Source: Eledone cirrhosa (taxonomy: Eukaryota). Taken from it: a stretch of DNA of 64,000 bases. The stretch is from assembly GCA_964016885.1 (NCBI GenBank), contig OZ024749.1, positions 18,662,001-18,726,000 on the forward strand. The letters are read 5' to 3'. Within the stretch, counting starts at the first letter, position 1. Every line of letters begins with the position of its first letter. Positions 12,541 to 29,075 of the stretch are shown one piece after another. The notes beneath the pieces were generated by a model. That model was not told where the DNA came from and made no database searches. It saw only the letters and a list, made by a program, of their open reading frames with translations. Position numbers and translations under genes: made by a program.

Positions 12541-12615
12541 AGACAGGCGGGGTAGTTGGCCTTGATAAGCTTCAACAAAAGCGAAACATGTCATGTCGGC
12601 TTATCTCCCCTGTTT
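12541..12615 (+). ncRNA. Type I hammerhead, U3-A8 core variant (second tandem copy)
   Basis: Same sequence as 12225-12299, 316 bp downstream. Confidence 0.8.
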
Positions 12616-12725
12616 GCTGAGATCAAAGTGAGTGAATTTGTCACTACTTTAAAACAATAGCTTACGGTCTTCAAAATGCTTTTAATTAAGCATAAAGTGT
12701 ATTGCAAAATACATTATATATACAT

Positions 12726-12824
<99 letters not shown>

Positions 12825-13008
12825 TACACATAAACACATACAGACACATACACACATATACATACATATATATACATACACACATATACATACACATATA
12901 TATATATCTATATATATATACACATACATATATACATATATATATATATACATATATATACATACACATACAAACACATACATACACACATACATATATA
13001 CACATACA

Positions 13009-13046
<38 letters not shown>

Positions 13047-13107
13047 CATATACATACAAACACATACATACACATATACATATACATGTACACACAAACA
13101 CATAAAG

Positions 13108-13180
<73 letters not shown>

Positions 13181-13185
<5 letters not shown>

Positions 13186-13477
13186 AAAAAGAGATGAAAT
13201 CGAAAATGCAACTGAAGTCTTATTTTTTTTAAAAATATATATATTTATTTGGTTCCTTTACCGGTTTCGCAGTTCTTCTGCTTTTCAAAAGGTGAGTTGA
13301 GATGGAGGGTCTGTGGTTTTTCTCAATGGATGTGAGAAAAACCACAGACCCTCCATCTCAACTCACCTTTTGAAAAGCAGAAGAACTGCGAAACCGGTAA
13401 AGGAACCAAATAAATATATATATTTAAAAAAAAAATAAGACTTCAGTTGCATTTTCGATTTCATCTCTTTTTCTTTA
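13181..13477. repeat. Fold-back palindrome (~145-bp arms, 7-nt spacer) with a hammerhead in each arm
   Basis: 13181-13325 is the reverse complement of 13333-13477. Confidence 0.9.
13366..13403 (+). ncRNA. Minimal type I hammerhead, U3-A8 variant (mirror copy 13255-13292, minus)
   Basis: CCTT-TTGAAAA-GCAG-AAGAA-CTGC-GAAA-CCGG-TA-AAGG. Confidence 0.8.
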
Positions 13478-13534
13478 TACTTCCACTCGTGTAGGACACC
13501 TCGGTTATTTTTCATTTTGTAAAAAAAACCTCAC

Positions 13535-13613
<79 letters not shown>

Positions 13614-13624
13614 TATATATATAT

Positions 13625-15132
<1,508 letters not shown>

Positions 15133-15137
15133 TACAT

Positions 15138-16970
15138 ACATACATACATATACACATCTAAGGAGCAATTTATTCAGTTGCTGCAGACATGGATTGAACT
15201 CAACGTTTAAATATAAATATAAATTTAAAATGTAGTATAATTAATTAAGAAATTTAATTAATGTATGAAACCTGACGATAAATCTTTCGATTCCTTCAAC
15301 TTTTTCTTTTAAACCTTCTTCATAAATATAAACAAATGATGTAATTAACCTACTCTAAAATGTAGATGCTCCCAATGTATTAAATAAATTTTACGCAAGA
15401 TAAATTACTATACTAAATATAAGAGCATCCGTAGAACCACAGGGTCTTCTAAATCCTTTAAATAATTTTTGTTAAATAATTTTTGGTTTTTTATTTGCTT
15501 TTTGATTCTGATTACTTCTAAAGAACTTTGCAATATATTGTCTGAAAAATTGGAAGGATAGATTTCTGTGGTAAATATATGAAGCATACTGTTTTTGTGG
15601 CCTGAGATACCCTAGGGTGTGTTGAAAATATTTTAACGTTTGATATTTCTGTGCTGATATATTGATATCTGGTTATCTCTATGCAAAGGCCATATGTATT
15701 ATCATGCATATGGAAAGATTACAGAGTATATTTTATCTGTTCATGTGCCTGTATGTGTGCATAGAGATGCTGGAACACTCACGCAGATATCTTATATATA
15801 CATATATATGTATATATATATGTAAGTATAGTTCTGTATATGTTACAGATATGCATAATATTATATACATGAACGATAATCATATGTGTGAGGGCATGAA
15901 TATTATTAATCGTTTATTTTTTTTTTATGTATATATATATATATATATGTATAGTGAAATTTTTTATAACACAAGGAAATTTTTTTATGACACAAGAAAT
16001 TATAGAATTGATCACGTAAAGTCATGTGTATGTCTATATTATCGACTAGAGCTTGACATAACTTTTCTCTTTTTCTTTTTATAAATAGGGTAATTTTTTG
16101 AAGATTTATCTCAGATTTTGGTACATTGACCTCAGAGTTTTAAACTAAAAATATGGTCATTATTGAGCAAAATTATTTTCACACATTATATATCTATGTC
16201 TCATTCATGAATATTGATATTTACATTATATTATCCAGTTCATATGAATTGATAATTCAAATTGATAGGACATGACGTAAAGATGTAACTCTATCATCCC
16301 TCTCTCTAAATATAGCTCTTTCTTCTCCTCTCTCTTTATATATGATGAAGTTTATGTATCTGCCACTTTGACTTGCCTCTCATGTTTCTCTCGTATTTCT
16401 CTCTTGGTTTTCACCTCCCCCTATATAACTATTATTATTTTTTCTCCCTCTTTCTTTTCCTCCCACCTCTCTCTCTCTCTCTCTCTCTCTGTTTTCTCTT
16501 CATCTCCATTTTTTTCTCTCTCCGTCTCTTCTCTAACTGTGCTTAACACTATAACTAAATAATTACTGTACTCCCTCTCTCTTAAATTTCTCTTTTTGTA
16601 TTGTGAATTATTATTATTCATCTGTTGCCTTCGGTTGCCTCTCTTTTTTCACCTCCTCCTTCTTTATCTCTCCCCTATTTCTCTCTATTTCTCTCTGTTT
16701 TTCTTTACATACATTTCCTCTTTTTCTCCGTCTTTCTTTCTAACTGTGCTTAACACTATAACTAAATAATTATAAACTCCTCACTACCAAGCCAGCTTCC
16801 TACCTTAATGGTCGCTTATATTTATGGTACGTCAAAATTATTTATAAAACAGTTTATATATTGTATTTTATCTGACGAAGGCATGCCATATTTTTAATAT
16901 GGTATCCCTGAAATATGTATAATGAAATAAATATGGTTTTATAAATATAGTTTCCATTTGTTTAATATCG
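15138..16970 (+). mobile_element. PLE 3' end: last ORF codons, long 3' UTR, hammerhead
   Basis: [10 protein letters not shown] resembles PLE C-termini in this window; 15367-16680 has a diverged direct copy at 59503-60822. Confidence 0.65.
16864..16929 (+). ncRNA. Type I hammerhead ribozyme
   Basis: TATTTTAT-CTGACGA-AGGCATGCCATA..TATGGTATCCCT-GAAA-TATGTA-TA-ATGAAATA. Confidence 0.85.
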
Positions 16971-17001
<31 letters not shown>

Positions 17002-18242
17002 GTATATATATGTATGTGTATATATGTATGTGTGTATGTATGTGTTTGTATGTGTATGTGTATGTGTATGTATATATATGTATATATATATATGTATATA
17101 TGTATATATGTATGTGTATATATATAGAGATATATATGTATGTGTATATGTATGTATATGTGTGTATGTGTCTGTATGTGTTTATGTGTATATATATATA
17201 TATGTATATATGTATATATATATGTATGTGTGTGTGTATGCCTCTCTCTCTATATATATATATGTGTGTGTATGCATGGATGTGTGAACGGATGTATATA
17301 TACGGACATATGTATATATGTGTGTGTGTGTGTGTACACGTGTGTGTGTGTGTGTGCGTGTATGTGTATATATGTATATTTAGTTATGTATCTTTATGTG
17401 TGTATATGTATGTATATGTATGTATGTATATATATATATACCCATGTGGAGGTATGAGTACATATTCGTGTGTGTACGTATGTGTATATGTGTTTTTATA
17501 TGTGTCTCTATATGTTTTTATGTATGTATGTGGATATATATGTACATGGGTGTGTGATTGATGGTGTGTGCCTATATATTCCTACATATGCCCGTGTGTG
17601 TACGTGTATACACACATATGTGTGTGTTGAACAAAGAACTAATTTTGGGATGGACGTAGAAAAATTCTTCAGAAAAAAATAATTGTTTACAAGTTTGGCA
17701 GGTGCGGTTTGCCTATGACCATCTTCAATACAAAGGAATACTAAAAGCTTTTTCCCCTGAATAAAGGAATTTTTCGAGAATGACCGGGGCAGGCCGCACT
17801 TGCTACATTTCTCCCCACCCAACCCACTCACTGTCTCAACTCATTACTGCTATTAACATTTTTTCAACACACCTACACCCCTACACTTATTAAAGGGGGA
17901 GAAAAAACCCACCACACCACAGACATGTTAAATCCCTATATGAACAACACACCACATACACATCAGTTTGACAAGCGCATCTCAGCGTGAAAGGTCTTTC
18001 TAAAAACGAAACAATACCTCCTACGTTAACCAAGAACTCCTAAGACCTAACCAACAACCAACAACTTAATTTATAAAAAATTTTCTTTAAGAAAAATTTT
18101 TTCTAATCCGGAAAAAAAATTCTTTTTGGATTTTGTGAAGAAAATAAATTTGTTGAAAGCACAAGTGAAGCCATTATTTTCTTCTTCCCCCTGTCTTAAT
18201 ATATATGTATATATATATACATATATATATATGTATATATAT

Positions 18243-20978
18243 CATCATCATCATCATCATTTTACGTCCGCCTTTGCCTGCTTGCAAGGGTGGGACGGGT
18301 CTTATTCAGCACAGCATCTCTCCACTCGTCACGGTCCTTCGTCATCTCCACCGTGAGCTTCAATGATCTGAGGTCTGTTCTCATCACCTCCGCCCATGTT
18401 TACGTGGTCTACCTCTACCACGTCTTCCTTCAACTGGCATTTCCTGGCACTTCTTCACCCATCGGTCATCCTCTATGCGCATCACATGTCCATACTTCCT
18501 CAGTCTCCTCTCCCGTACACTACATTCTATCCCCCTCAGACACAGTTTCTCTCTCAACACATTTATGCTGTGTCGTTCACGCACATTTACACTGCACATC
18601 TAACGGAGCATGCTTGCCTCATTTCTCTCCAGCCGTCGCATATCCTCTGCAATCGTTGTCCATGTCTCCCTACCATGCAGCATCGCGCTCCTCACACAGG
18701 CATCATACAACCGGCCTTTCGCACGCAGGGAGAAACCCTTCTTCGTCAACAGAGGAAGCAGCTCCCTAAACTTCTTCCAACCCGTCCTTATTCTAGATAC
18801 TATGGCCTCGGAACACCCTCCTCCTATGCTAATCTGATCTCCTAGGTACCGGAAGCTATCCACCACTTCTATAGCGCCCTCCTGCATTTGAAAAATGTGT
18901 CCAGGATCTGCATTGTGTGCATTTTATAGAATTTATGCCAGTTCCTTTTCTGCATATCAAACATGGCCATTTCCCTGACGGAATCAGGGTTTTGTCCTCT
19001 TTTTTACTCATCAACACTTTTGTCTTAGCTAGATTCACTCTCAGTCCTCTTGCTTCCAACTGCTGCTTCCATAGCCAGAATTTATTCTCTAGCTCCTCTA
19101 CTCATTCTGCTATAAGAACCAGATCGTCAGCATAGAGAAGTTCCCATGGACAGCCAGTCTTAAACTCCTCTGTTATGGCTTGGAGGACTATAATGAACAA
19201 GAGCGGGCTGAGGACCGAACCCTGATGTACTCCTACTTGTATCTGGAATTCCTCACTAAACTCCATTCCTACCCTGACTTTACTGAGAGTACCTCTGTAC
19301 AAAGTTTGCACTGTCCTCACAAGCCATTCCTCAACACCTAGCTTCCTTAGGGACCACCAGATGACAGATCGGGGTACCCTATCAAAGGCCTTCTCTAGGT
19401 CAACAAAAGCTAAGTATAGTGGCTTATTCTTCTCTAAGAACCTCTCTTGCAATTGTCTCACCAAGAAGAGGGCATCTGTTGTACTCTTCCCAGGCACAAA
19501 ACCAAACTGCATCTCATCTAGTTTGACCCTTTCTATAATTAGTTGTGCTAAAATCCTTTCTGCCACTTTCATAACCTGATCTATCAGTTTTATACCCCTA
19601 TAATTGCTCCTCTCCAGAGCATCCCCTTTACCTTTGTAGCAATTTATGAGAATACTGCTGCACCAGTCTTTGGGTATGACACACCAGTTTAGTGCCTACG
19701 TCCCCTGATGCCTTCAGCATCTCAGCAACTATTCCCGATCTTCCGGCAGCCTTACCATTTTTCATTTCCCTAATCGCCTCTTGGACCCTATATTCGTCAA
19801 TCTCAATAGCTGGTTCCTCTGTCGGATCTACCAAGGGTAATTTCTCTCTCTCCCATTTGTTCTCCACATTCATCAGTCTCTCATAATGACATTTCCAGGC
19901 CTCCTTTTTCTGATCATTCGTGACACTAAGTACACCGGCATCATCCCGGACACATTTATCTCCAACAACATCCTGATTTGCAATGACACACTGTCTTGCA
20001 ATGTGGAACACCGCACGCCTCTGATCTTCCCGTCGCAGAACATTGGCAAACCTCCTACTCTCTACCTCCCTGCGTGCTAAGTACACCTGACGTCTAGCTT
20101 CTCTCTTAGTGGCTGTATATTCTTCCCTACTCCCACGCTTTTTCCAAGCCTTCAATGCTAGTCTTTTGTCTCTAATAGCCTTATCTACTGTGCTGTTCCA
20201 CCACCAGGTCACTCTCTGTCTGGTTGGAGCTCTGCTCCAGCCACAAGTTTCATCAGTAGCCTGCAGCAAGTTGTCACGTAAGAAATTCCAGTTATTATCT
20301 ATGTCATACGTCTCTAAATCGTCTTCTTTTTCGTCATATACATCTTGAAGGGCTTTCCTAAATTTGTATTTTAGTGAAAGGTCTTTTAGCTTCCAGACCT
20401 TTCTTCTCCACACCTTCCTATATGTCTCATTCCATCTCTTGCTTACTGAGATATCACTAACAACTAACCTATGCTGTGGGGTACATTCTTCCCCAGGGTA
20501 TGCCTTGGTATTAGACACTATCTGCCTATCCCGCTGCCTAACTAGTAAGAAGTCAATCTGGCTTATGTGCTCACCAGATTTGTAGGTTATTAGGTGATTG
20601 GCAGGTTTCTGGAAGTTTGTGTTGCAAATAGTCAATGTACCTGCATCACAAAATTCAAGAAGTCTCACTCCTTCTTCATTTCTTGAACCATAACCGTGCC
20701 CACCATGTACCCCAGTGTAACCACCCTGGAGCTGTCCAACATGACCATTGAAGTCTCCTGCTAGCATAACGATGTCTCCATCCTCTGTCATTGCGGTTGT
20801 TTGTAAAAGTTGCTCATAAAAGCAGTCTTTCGCATCTTTGCCTAGGCCTGCTTGTGGAGCATAGGCCGAGATGATTGTCAGTAGTCTCCTACCTACAGCT
20901 AATCTAAGCTTAATTATTCAATTACTAACTCGAACTACCTCTATTGTCTTATTGATCCATTTCTCAGCCAGGAAAATG

Positions 20979-20979
<1 letters not shown>
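18243..20979 (-). mobile_element. RTE-clade LINE, 5'-truncated and frameshifted, (GAT)n tail
   Basis: APE motifs SAYAPQ, GDFNGHVG, SQIDF; RT motifs QFGF, DLEKAFDRV, GVHQGSVLSP, LLYADD, FRYLG; flanked by (TA)n. Confidence 0.93.
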
Positions 20980-21051
<72 letters not shown>

Positions 21052-21068
21052 GTGTGTGTATATATATA

Positions 21069-21123
<55 letters not shown>

Positions 21124-21124
21124 G

Positions 21125-21288
<164 letters not shown>

Positions 21289-21295
21289 TATATAT

Positions 21296-21360
<65 letters not shown>

Positions 21361-21369
21361 TATATATAT

Positions 21370-21427
<58 letters not shown>

Positions 21428-21433
<6 letters not shown>

Positions 21434-22385
21434 TAATACAATAACAGAGATAGCTTTAAGCTAAACTCTGACTGGCTACCATCTCACTCAACAAATAATA
21501 GGATATACCTTAGTATAATCCCAATTTGTGTTTGGGGTGCTAACTATATGTATTTTGTGGAAAGCCAGTTGTATTATTTTATATGAGATATAATTAAATT
21601 TAAAATATATCTCTCTTTCCAAACAATTGTTTCATTATAAGTTTTCTACAAGTTGGGAGAATGTATCCGGTTTATGTAGAAGCCTACATAATTTTCTGTA
21701 AGAACATATGCAGGTGGGCACTTATAAATCATCAGTGGATGCCCTTCAAACTTTGATATAAGAAAAGATTTCTTACCGCAGTTATTTTTCGTGTCAGCTA
21801 AGTCGTCCCTTCACGCATCATAATGACCGCCAAATTTGAAATTCCAGCAGTCTTAGACTGAGGAACTTCACAGCGTCACGAAGCGGAAAAGGGAGGCAAT
21901 CGCGAAACACAAGAAAGTCAAATAATATACACGTGGGTTAAATTAGTTTTTTTAAAAACAATTTCAATCCTGCGTGTTAAGAACTCAATTAATTTTTAAA
22001 AAATAAATGTATACATGTATTAATTACACACGCATATAGATATTCTCTTAGGCTAAAAACAGAGATATGATACCAAAATACCGATCCATATTTCATAACA
22101 ATAATAAATACGGAAAGTTACGCTTAAAAGATATCTGGAAATATATTTCTCTGGCCAAATCAAGAGTAAAATATTTAATACAATAACAGAGATAGCTTTA
22201 AGCTAAACTCTGACTGGCTACCATCTCACTCAACAAACAATAGGATATACCTTAGTATAATCCCAATTTGTGTTTGGGGTGCTAACTATATGTATTGTGG
22301 AAAGCCAGTTGTATTATTTTATATGAGATATAATTAAAATTAAAATGTATCTCTCTTTCCAAACAATTGTTTCATTATAAGTTTT
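21428..22385 (-). mobile_element. ORF-less ~742-bp hammerhead unit with ~215-bp partial tandem duplication
   Basis: ATTTAATACAATAACAGAG at 21431 and 22173; homologous (inverted) to 41156-41884. Confidence 0.75.
21618..21739 (-). ncRNA. Type I hammerhead with long stem II insertion
   Basis: Minus strand TCCA-CTGATGA-T-TTATAAGT...ACTTATAA-T-GAAA-CAATTG-TT-TGGA. Confidence 0.8.
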
Positions 22386-22391
22386 ATATAT

Positions 22392-22504
<113 letters not shown>

Positions 22505-22511
22505 CATACAC

Positions 22512-24242
22512 ATATGAAATATAAGAATCAAAGAACTGTTCAAAACATTATTGTGCTTACAGCTGTTTCCTCCAAACCGAGGTTTGGATTCTTCGGAGCA
22601 ATTTATTAATGCATGGACAGTTATATGACCTCCTTTTCAGCCGAGAGACATACCGATACATATTCAAACATTGATACATATTCAAACATTGTGGGTCAAC
22701 ATTCATTACAGAATTTAGAGTGGCAGTACACACTTCGAGATTACATTTATATTAAGAGGTACAATCAAAAATCAAAAATACAGGTTAAAATACAACATGA
22801 AGATAAGCGGTTATATAGTGCAAATGTTATATGTGTGGCACGCATGTGCGTCTTGTTTATATAGTGTGGCAGAGAGATATGTGTGGTAGAGGCACTTAGG
22901 TAGGTAAACAAGAGTGTTAGGTTGGTAGATCTGGTGGCAAATTCTTTATATGATTGATATAGTCTGTGTGTGGAGAAATGTTATAAGCATTAAAAATAGT
23001 GCAAGCATTAAAAGTGTTAAAAGTATTGGAGATGCACAGCGAAGGGATGTCAAGTATTTCATGTACTTCGGCATTTTCATGGTCAGGGGAGTGTATTTTT
23101 TGATTATATGCCCCTCACATAATCCACGACAATCCGATATTGAGCGTTTGACAATTCAGTTAGAGATCGTAGTCTGGTGTTCTTTAGTTCAATACAGGAG
23201 GCTGTTACGTTTCGAGAAACGCCATTGAATACCACCCGGAAGTGTGTGTGTGGCTTAGGGGAGTTAATGCATGCGGGAAGGTAACTCCGGGGTTTCTATA
23301 CCTAGCTATTAAAATGTGTCACAATATAGACCCTAATTTCTATGGTGATGCGCATGCTTAGTTAATACACTTTAAGCTTTAAAAATTTTCTTGGAGCATG
23401 CGCATCACCATAGAAATTAGGGTCTATATTGTGATACATTTTAATAGCTAGGTATAGAAACCCCGGAGTTACCTCCCCGCATGCATTAACTCCCCTTAGC
23501 CACACACACACTTCCGGGTGGTATTCAATGGCGTTTCTCGAAACGTAACAGCCTCCTGTATTGAACTAAAGAACACCAGACTACGATCTCTAACTGGATT
23601 GTCAAACGCTCAATATCGGATTGTCGTGGATTATGTGAGGGGCATATAATCGAAAAATACACTCCCCTGACCATGAAAATGCCGAAGTACATGAAATACT
23701 TGACATCCCTTCGCTGTGCATCTCCAATACTTTTAACACTTTTAATGCTTGCACTATTTTTAATGCTTATAACATTTCTCCACACACAGACTATATCAAT
23801 CATATAAAGAATTTGCCACCAGATCTACCAACCTAACACTCTTGTTTACCTACCTAAGTGCCTCTACCACACATATCTCTCTGCCACACTATATAAACAA
23901 GACTCACATGCGTGCCACACATATAACATTTGCACTATATAACCGCTTATCTTCATGTTGTATTTTAACCTGTATTTTTGATTTTTTATTGTACCTCTTA
24001 ATATAAATGTAATCTCGAAGTGTGTACTGCCACTCTAAATTCTGTAATGTATGTTGACCCACAATGTTTGAATATGTATCAATGTTTGAATATGTATCGG
24101 TATGTCTCTCGGCTGAAAAGGAGGTCATATAACTGTCCATGCATTAATAAATTGCTCCGAAGAATCCAAACCTCGGTTTGGAGGAAACAGCTTGTAAGCA
24201 CAATAATGTTTTGAACAGTTCTTTGATTCTTATATTTCATAT
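22512..24242. repeat. Large inverted repeat (~847-bp arms, 36-nt spacer) of a decayed PLE 3' end
   Basis: 22512-23358 vs 23395-24242 differ by only a few substitutions/indels; remnant VYI(G)DT..(R)TRE(H)LP GIY-YIG-like codons near 23425-23485. Confidence 0.9.
24153..24200 (+). ncRNA. Hammerhead-like motif with CCGAAGA core (mirror copy 22554-22600, minus)
   Basis: TGCT-CCGAAGA-A-TCCAAACC-TC-GGTTTGGA-G-GAAA-CAGC(T)TG-TA-AGCA. Confidence 0.7.
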
Positions 24243-24463
24243 AACTGCTCTGTAAATCATCTGATGTTTTTACATTGAGCTACTTAACTTACTGGTAATA
24301 AGGTAGTAATACATTACTGCCTACCACTATTTAGGGTGTGTGCAAAATACTTATAACTGCATAAGGTTTTGTATTTACATAACCATAAATAGTATAACTA
24401 ATACATACACATATATATATATATATATACACATATATATATATACACATATATATATATATA

Positions 24464-25315
24464 TGTATAGCCACCGGAAATAACACCTGTGAAATATACA
24501 GCGCCATCTACCTGTTAGCTAGCTACTTCAACGTGAAACAAAAGAACCCTTAGAACCTACCAGAATAAACGCCTACACATCGACTAAACAACAAACGATT
24601 GTTCCTGTATAAATAGAGTGGTTCCTAACACTTCGGTAGTCGACTTTTGGCAGAGTCAGCTAGCGCATCGTTGTTCCTTTACTCTGCCACGCTTTGTCAC
24701 TCACACGCCTTGTATCTCGTATCGTCGCTTCATGTGAAAATAAATAGCTGATCGAATTTACATCTCGCCTTGCTTCGTTCTTTCAACTTGTGCTTTCGTC
24801 TGTCCATCCTCAACAGTTCTTTTAAGGGCTATGTTCGACTACAGTCCTTTTAAGGGCTATCTTCATATCTGATCAGATAGTATGCGATAACAGTCCTTCT
24901 AAGGACTATTCTCGGATCTGATCAGAAGTAATGACTAGACTGACTAACCACGTCGCTACAATTGGTGAGCCGAACGTGAGTCGAACGCACAACCAGACAG
25001 CACCTAAGAAAATATCAACATGGACATGTCACAAACGACAGAAAAAAGTCGTTGGGACACGTAAATAAAAGGGAACACGAGTGTAAACAAACAAAAATGG
25101 TGAAGAAACGAAAAGTGAGGAAGAAGGAGTCAAGTCCCAAATTTCTATGAATTAAAATTCGGTGAAATCGTGAGCGAAAGAGAATAAAGACCATCAAACC
25201 TGGTTGGAATGTAAGCAAGGAAGGAATTCCGTACAGGTCTAACGGGAGGAAGAAGGGATCTAGTCTGTGATTTCGGTGAACTAAGTTCTGTGAAATCGTA
25301 GACGAGAGAGAGAAA
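24464..25315 (+). mobile_element. Gypsy-like LTR (24464-24960) + tRNA-Trp-like primer binding site + decayed leader
   Basis: TGTA...GCTACA ends, AATAAA inside, followed by TGGTGAGCCGAACGTGAG at 24963 (14/18 match to the complement of the tRNA-Trp 3' end, TGGTGACCCCGACGTGAT). Confidence 0.65.
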
Positions 25316-25318
25316 AAA

Positions 25319-25708
<390 letters not shown>

Positions 25709-25727
25709 TATATATATATATATATGC

Positions 25728-25762
<35 letters not shown>

Positions 25763-25793
25763 CATATATATATACATATATATATATATACAC

Positions 25794-25826
<33 letters not shown>

Positions 25827-25895
25827 TATATATATATATACACACATATATATATACACATATACACATATATATATATATACACATATACACAC

Positions 25896-25926
<31 letters not shown>

Positions 25927-25939
25927 TATATATATATAT

Positions 25940-26027
<88 letters not shown>

Positions 26028-26134
26028 ATAAATATATATATATATTATATATACTCCAGTCCTACAAACTGTAGAGTGCTTCTTATCCGATATCTGCATT
26101 GCTTTATTGTACTACAATAAAACTCACCTCCTAC

Positions 26135-26246
<112 letters not shown>

Positions 26247-26261
26247 ATATATATATATATA

Positions 26262-26306
<45 letters not shown>

Positions 26307-27269
26307 ATATATATATGTACACTTGAATCGGGCAATGGCACGTGCGGACATGATTATCTCCGTAGGAATTCAACTTTATTTTACTACATCTCATCGTATG
26401 TATTTATTTTGAATGTATTATCCGTGGTGGTGGGTCTCGCCTAATGTGGTATTTCGGTGTTTAATATCAGCTTTGACCCGGGTGTCCTACGCTGTGTGTG
26501 TGTGCGTGTGTGTCTGTGTATACATTTATATGTGTATGGGTGTAGGTGGTTGTATATGTCTGTATATAAAAATATATATATATATATATGTATACCGTCT
26601 CTGCATATGCATGTGGTGTGTATATGTGCATATACGTGCTGAACATATTGATGTGTACAATCTTGTGATGTCCCAATGCAGTGACTTCATGGCTCTTGAA
26701 GCTATTTTTTATATATCTTTTGTCTTTTTATATATCTTTTGTATGCGCTCCAACTGTGTCTGCTTGCTTTGGCTAACCCGCCTGCACCTCGCTTGCTAAT
26801 GCACGTGAATTCTCCTACCTTCCTTCGATGCACCTCTGTTTGACCATTGGACTCCTGCCCGGGTGTGAACCGGTTTGTGATTACCCCACCGCTCAACTGT
26901 GTGAATGCACACCCGTGACTTTCGAGTGAACTTTTGAGACTGCCCAACCTGGGACGCCTCCATTGCCTTGCAATGGTCAAGTAATACTGGTGACTGTGAC
27001 ACTTAGAGCCTTCGTGGGCCCCTGATATTTTCAAGAAATATATTTTAAAAGAATGGTCAAGTGATACAGATAACTGTGACACTTAGTGCCTTCGTGGGCC
27101 CCTGATATATTCAAGAGATATATTCTAAAAAAATATATATCTTATCTCAATTTACTTTATTTCCTTTTATTTTATTTTATTTCATTTCATTTTATCTAAT
27201 TTTATTAATTTTATTTTATTTATTTACTTATTTAATTTCATTTATTTATTTATTTATTTATTTATTTAC

Positions 27270-27301
<32 letters not shown>

Positions 27302-27343
27302 ATTTAATTTTAATTTTAATTTTATTTATTTATTTAATTTTAC

Positions 27344-27375
<32 letters not shown>

Positions 27376-27914
27376 TTACATTTAATTATATCTTATATTA
27401 TATTATTTTACTTTAGTCTATTTTATTTTATTTTAGTTTACCTTATTTTATCTTATTTTATGATTATATTATACTATATTCTATTTTATATAATTTTAAT
27501 TTTAATTTTATATTATTTTATTTCATTCCTTACCCTGTATCACTATTATCTGTATATTTTATATTTTATATGTAAGTTTGTTATATATTTCTTTATATTT
27601 TCTTATATGTATTATAAGTCTGTTTTTCACCTATGTTTTACCTACTCTTACCTAATCCTATCTATCTTATCTACTCTTGTCTGTTCTCTTATCCATGTGT
27701 ATGCTTGTATGTAACTATATGTTGACAGCACCCCGCCCAACTGTGACTGATAGCACCCCTTATTTTTCATTGTTTATTTTATTATTTTATTTTTATTTTT
27801 ATTTTTATTTTTATTCTTATTTTTACTTTTACTTCCTTAATATCCTTTATCTTCTATTATTTTTCATTCTTCAATGTCTTGGATTTGTTATTGCTTGTAT
27901 GGTATGTAATTAAC

Positions 27915-27972
27915 CTTTATGCTCTGATGAGTCCCACTTATAGTGCGGATGAAACAATGTTAGCAAGTAAAG
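27915..27972 (+). ncRNA. Minimal type I hammerhead ribozyme
   Basis: TGCT-CTGATGA-GTCC-CACT-TAT-AGTG-C-GGAT-GAAA-CAATG-TT-AGCA at the end of an AT-rich UTR-like tract. Confidence 0.85.
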
Positions 27973-28007
27973 ATATGCATATGCTATAGGCGTTCTTTGT
28001 TATTTAT

Positions 28008-28086
<79 letters not shown>

Positions 28087-28096
28087 GAAAAAAAAA

Positions 28097-28525
28097 GGAT
28101 CGATCGACTTTCGTCAAATCGGACCGAGGAAACGATGTTTTTCGTCGGTCTTTCCAGTTGCTAGTGCTATCTATCGGTCGAAACTCCACGTAGAAGGAGC
28201 AACGTGAAATAAAGTATCTTGCTCAAGGACATAATGCATCACCCGGTCCAGATATCGAACTCACAGCCTCAAGATTGTGAATCCAATTCTCTAACCACTC
28301 AGCCATGCGCCTTCATGTGGCTGAGTGGTTAGAGAATTGGATTCGTAATCGTAAGGTTGTGAGTTCGATTCCTGGACCAGGCGATGCGTTATGTCCTTGA
28401 GCAAGACACTTTATTTCACGTTGCTCCTTCTACCTGGAGTTGCGACCGATAGATAGTATTAGTAATTGGAAAGACCAACGGAAACATTGTTCCCTCGGTC
28501 CGATTTGACGAAAGTCGATCGTCCC
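28097..28525. mobile_element. Two head-to-head tRNA-derived SINEs (28097-28311 minus; 28316-28525 plus)
   Basis: Both match SINE 5808-6038 including A/B boxes. Confidence 0.85.
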
Positions 28526-28536
28526 ATATATATATA

Positions 28537-28638
<102 letters not shown>

Positions 28639-28641
28639 CAC

Positions 28642-28702
<61 letters not shown>

Positions 28703-28714
28703 TATTATATATAC

Positions 28715-28745
<31 letters not shown>

Positions 28746-28774
28746 CATATATATATACATATATATATATACAC

Positions 28775-28805
<31 letters not shown>

Positions 28806-28888
28806 TATATATATATATACACATATATATATATACACATATACACATATATATATATATACACATATACACACATATATATATATAT

Positions 28889-29034
<146 letters not shown>

Positions 29035-29075
29035 ATAAATATATATATATATGTGTATATATATATATATATGTA

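Noticed and set aside
22613-24140. Paired near-identical 78-92 aa ORFs on opposite strands
   Set aside because: Produced by the inverted repeat; antisense to a decayed PLE end; no motifs
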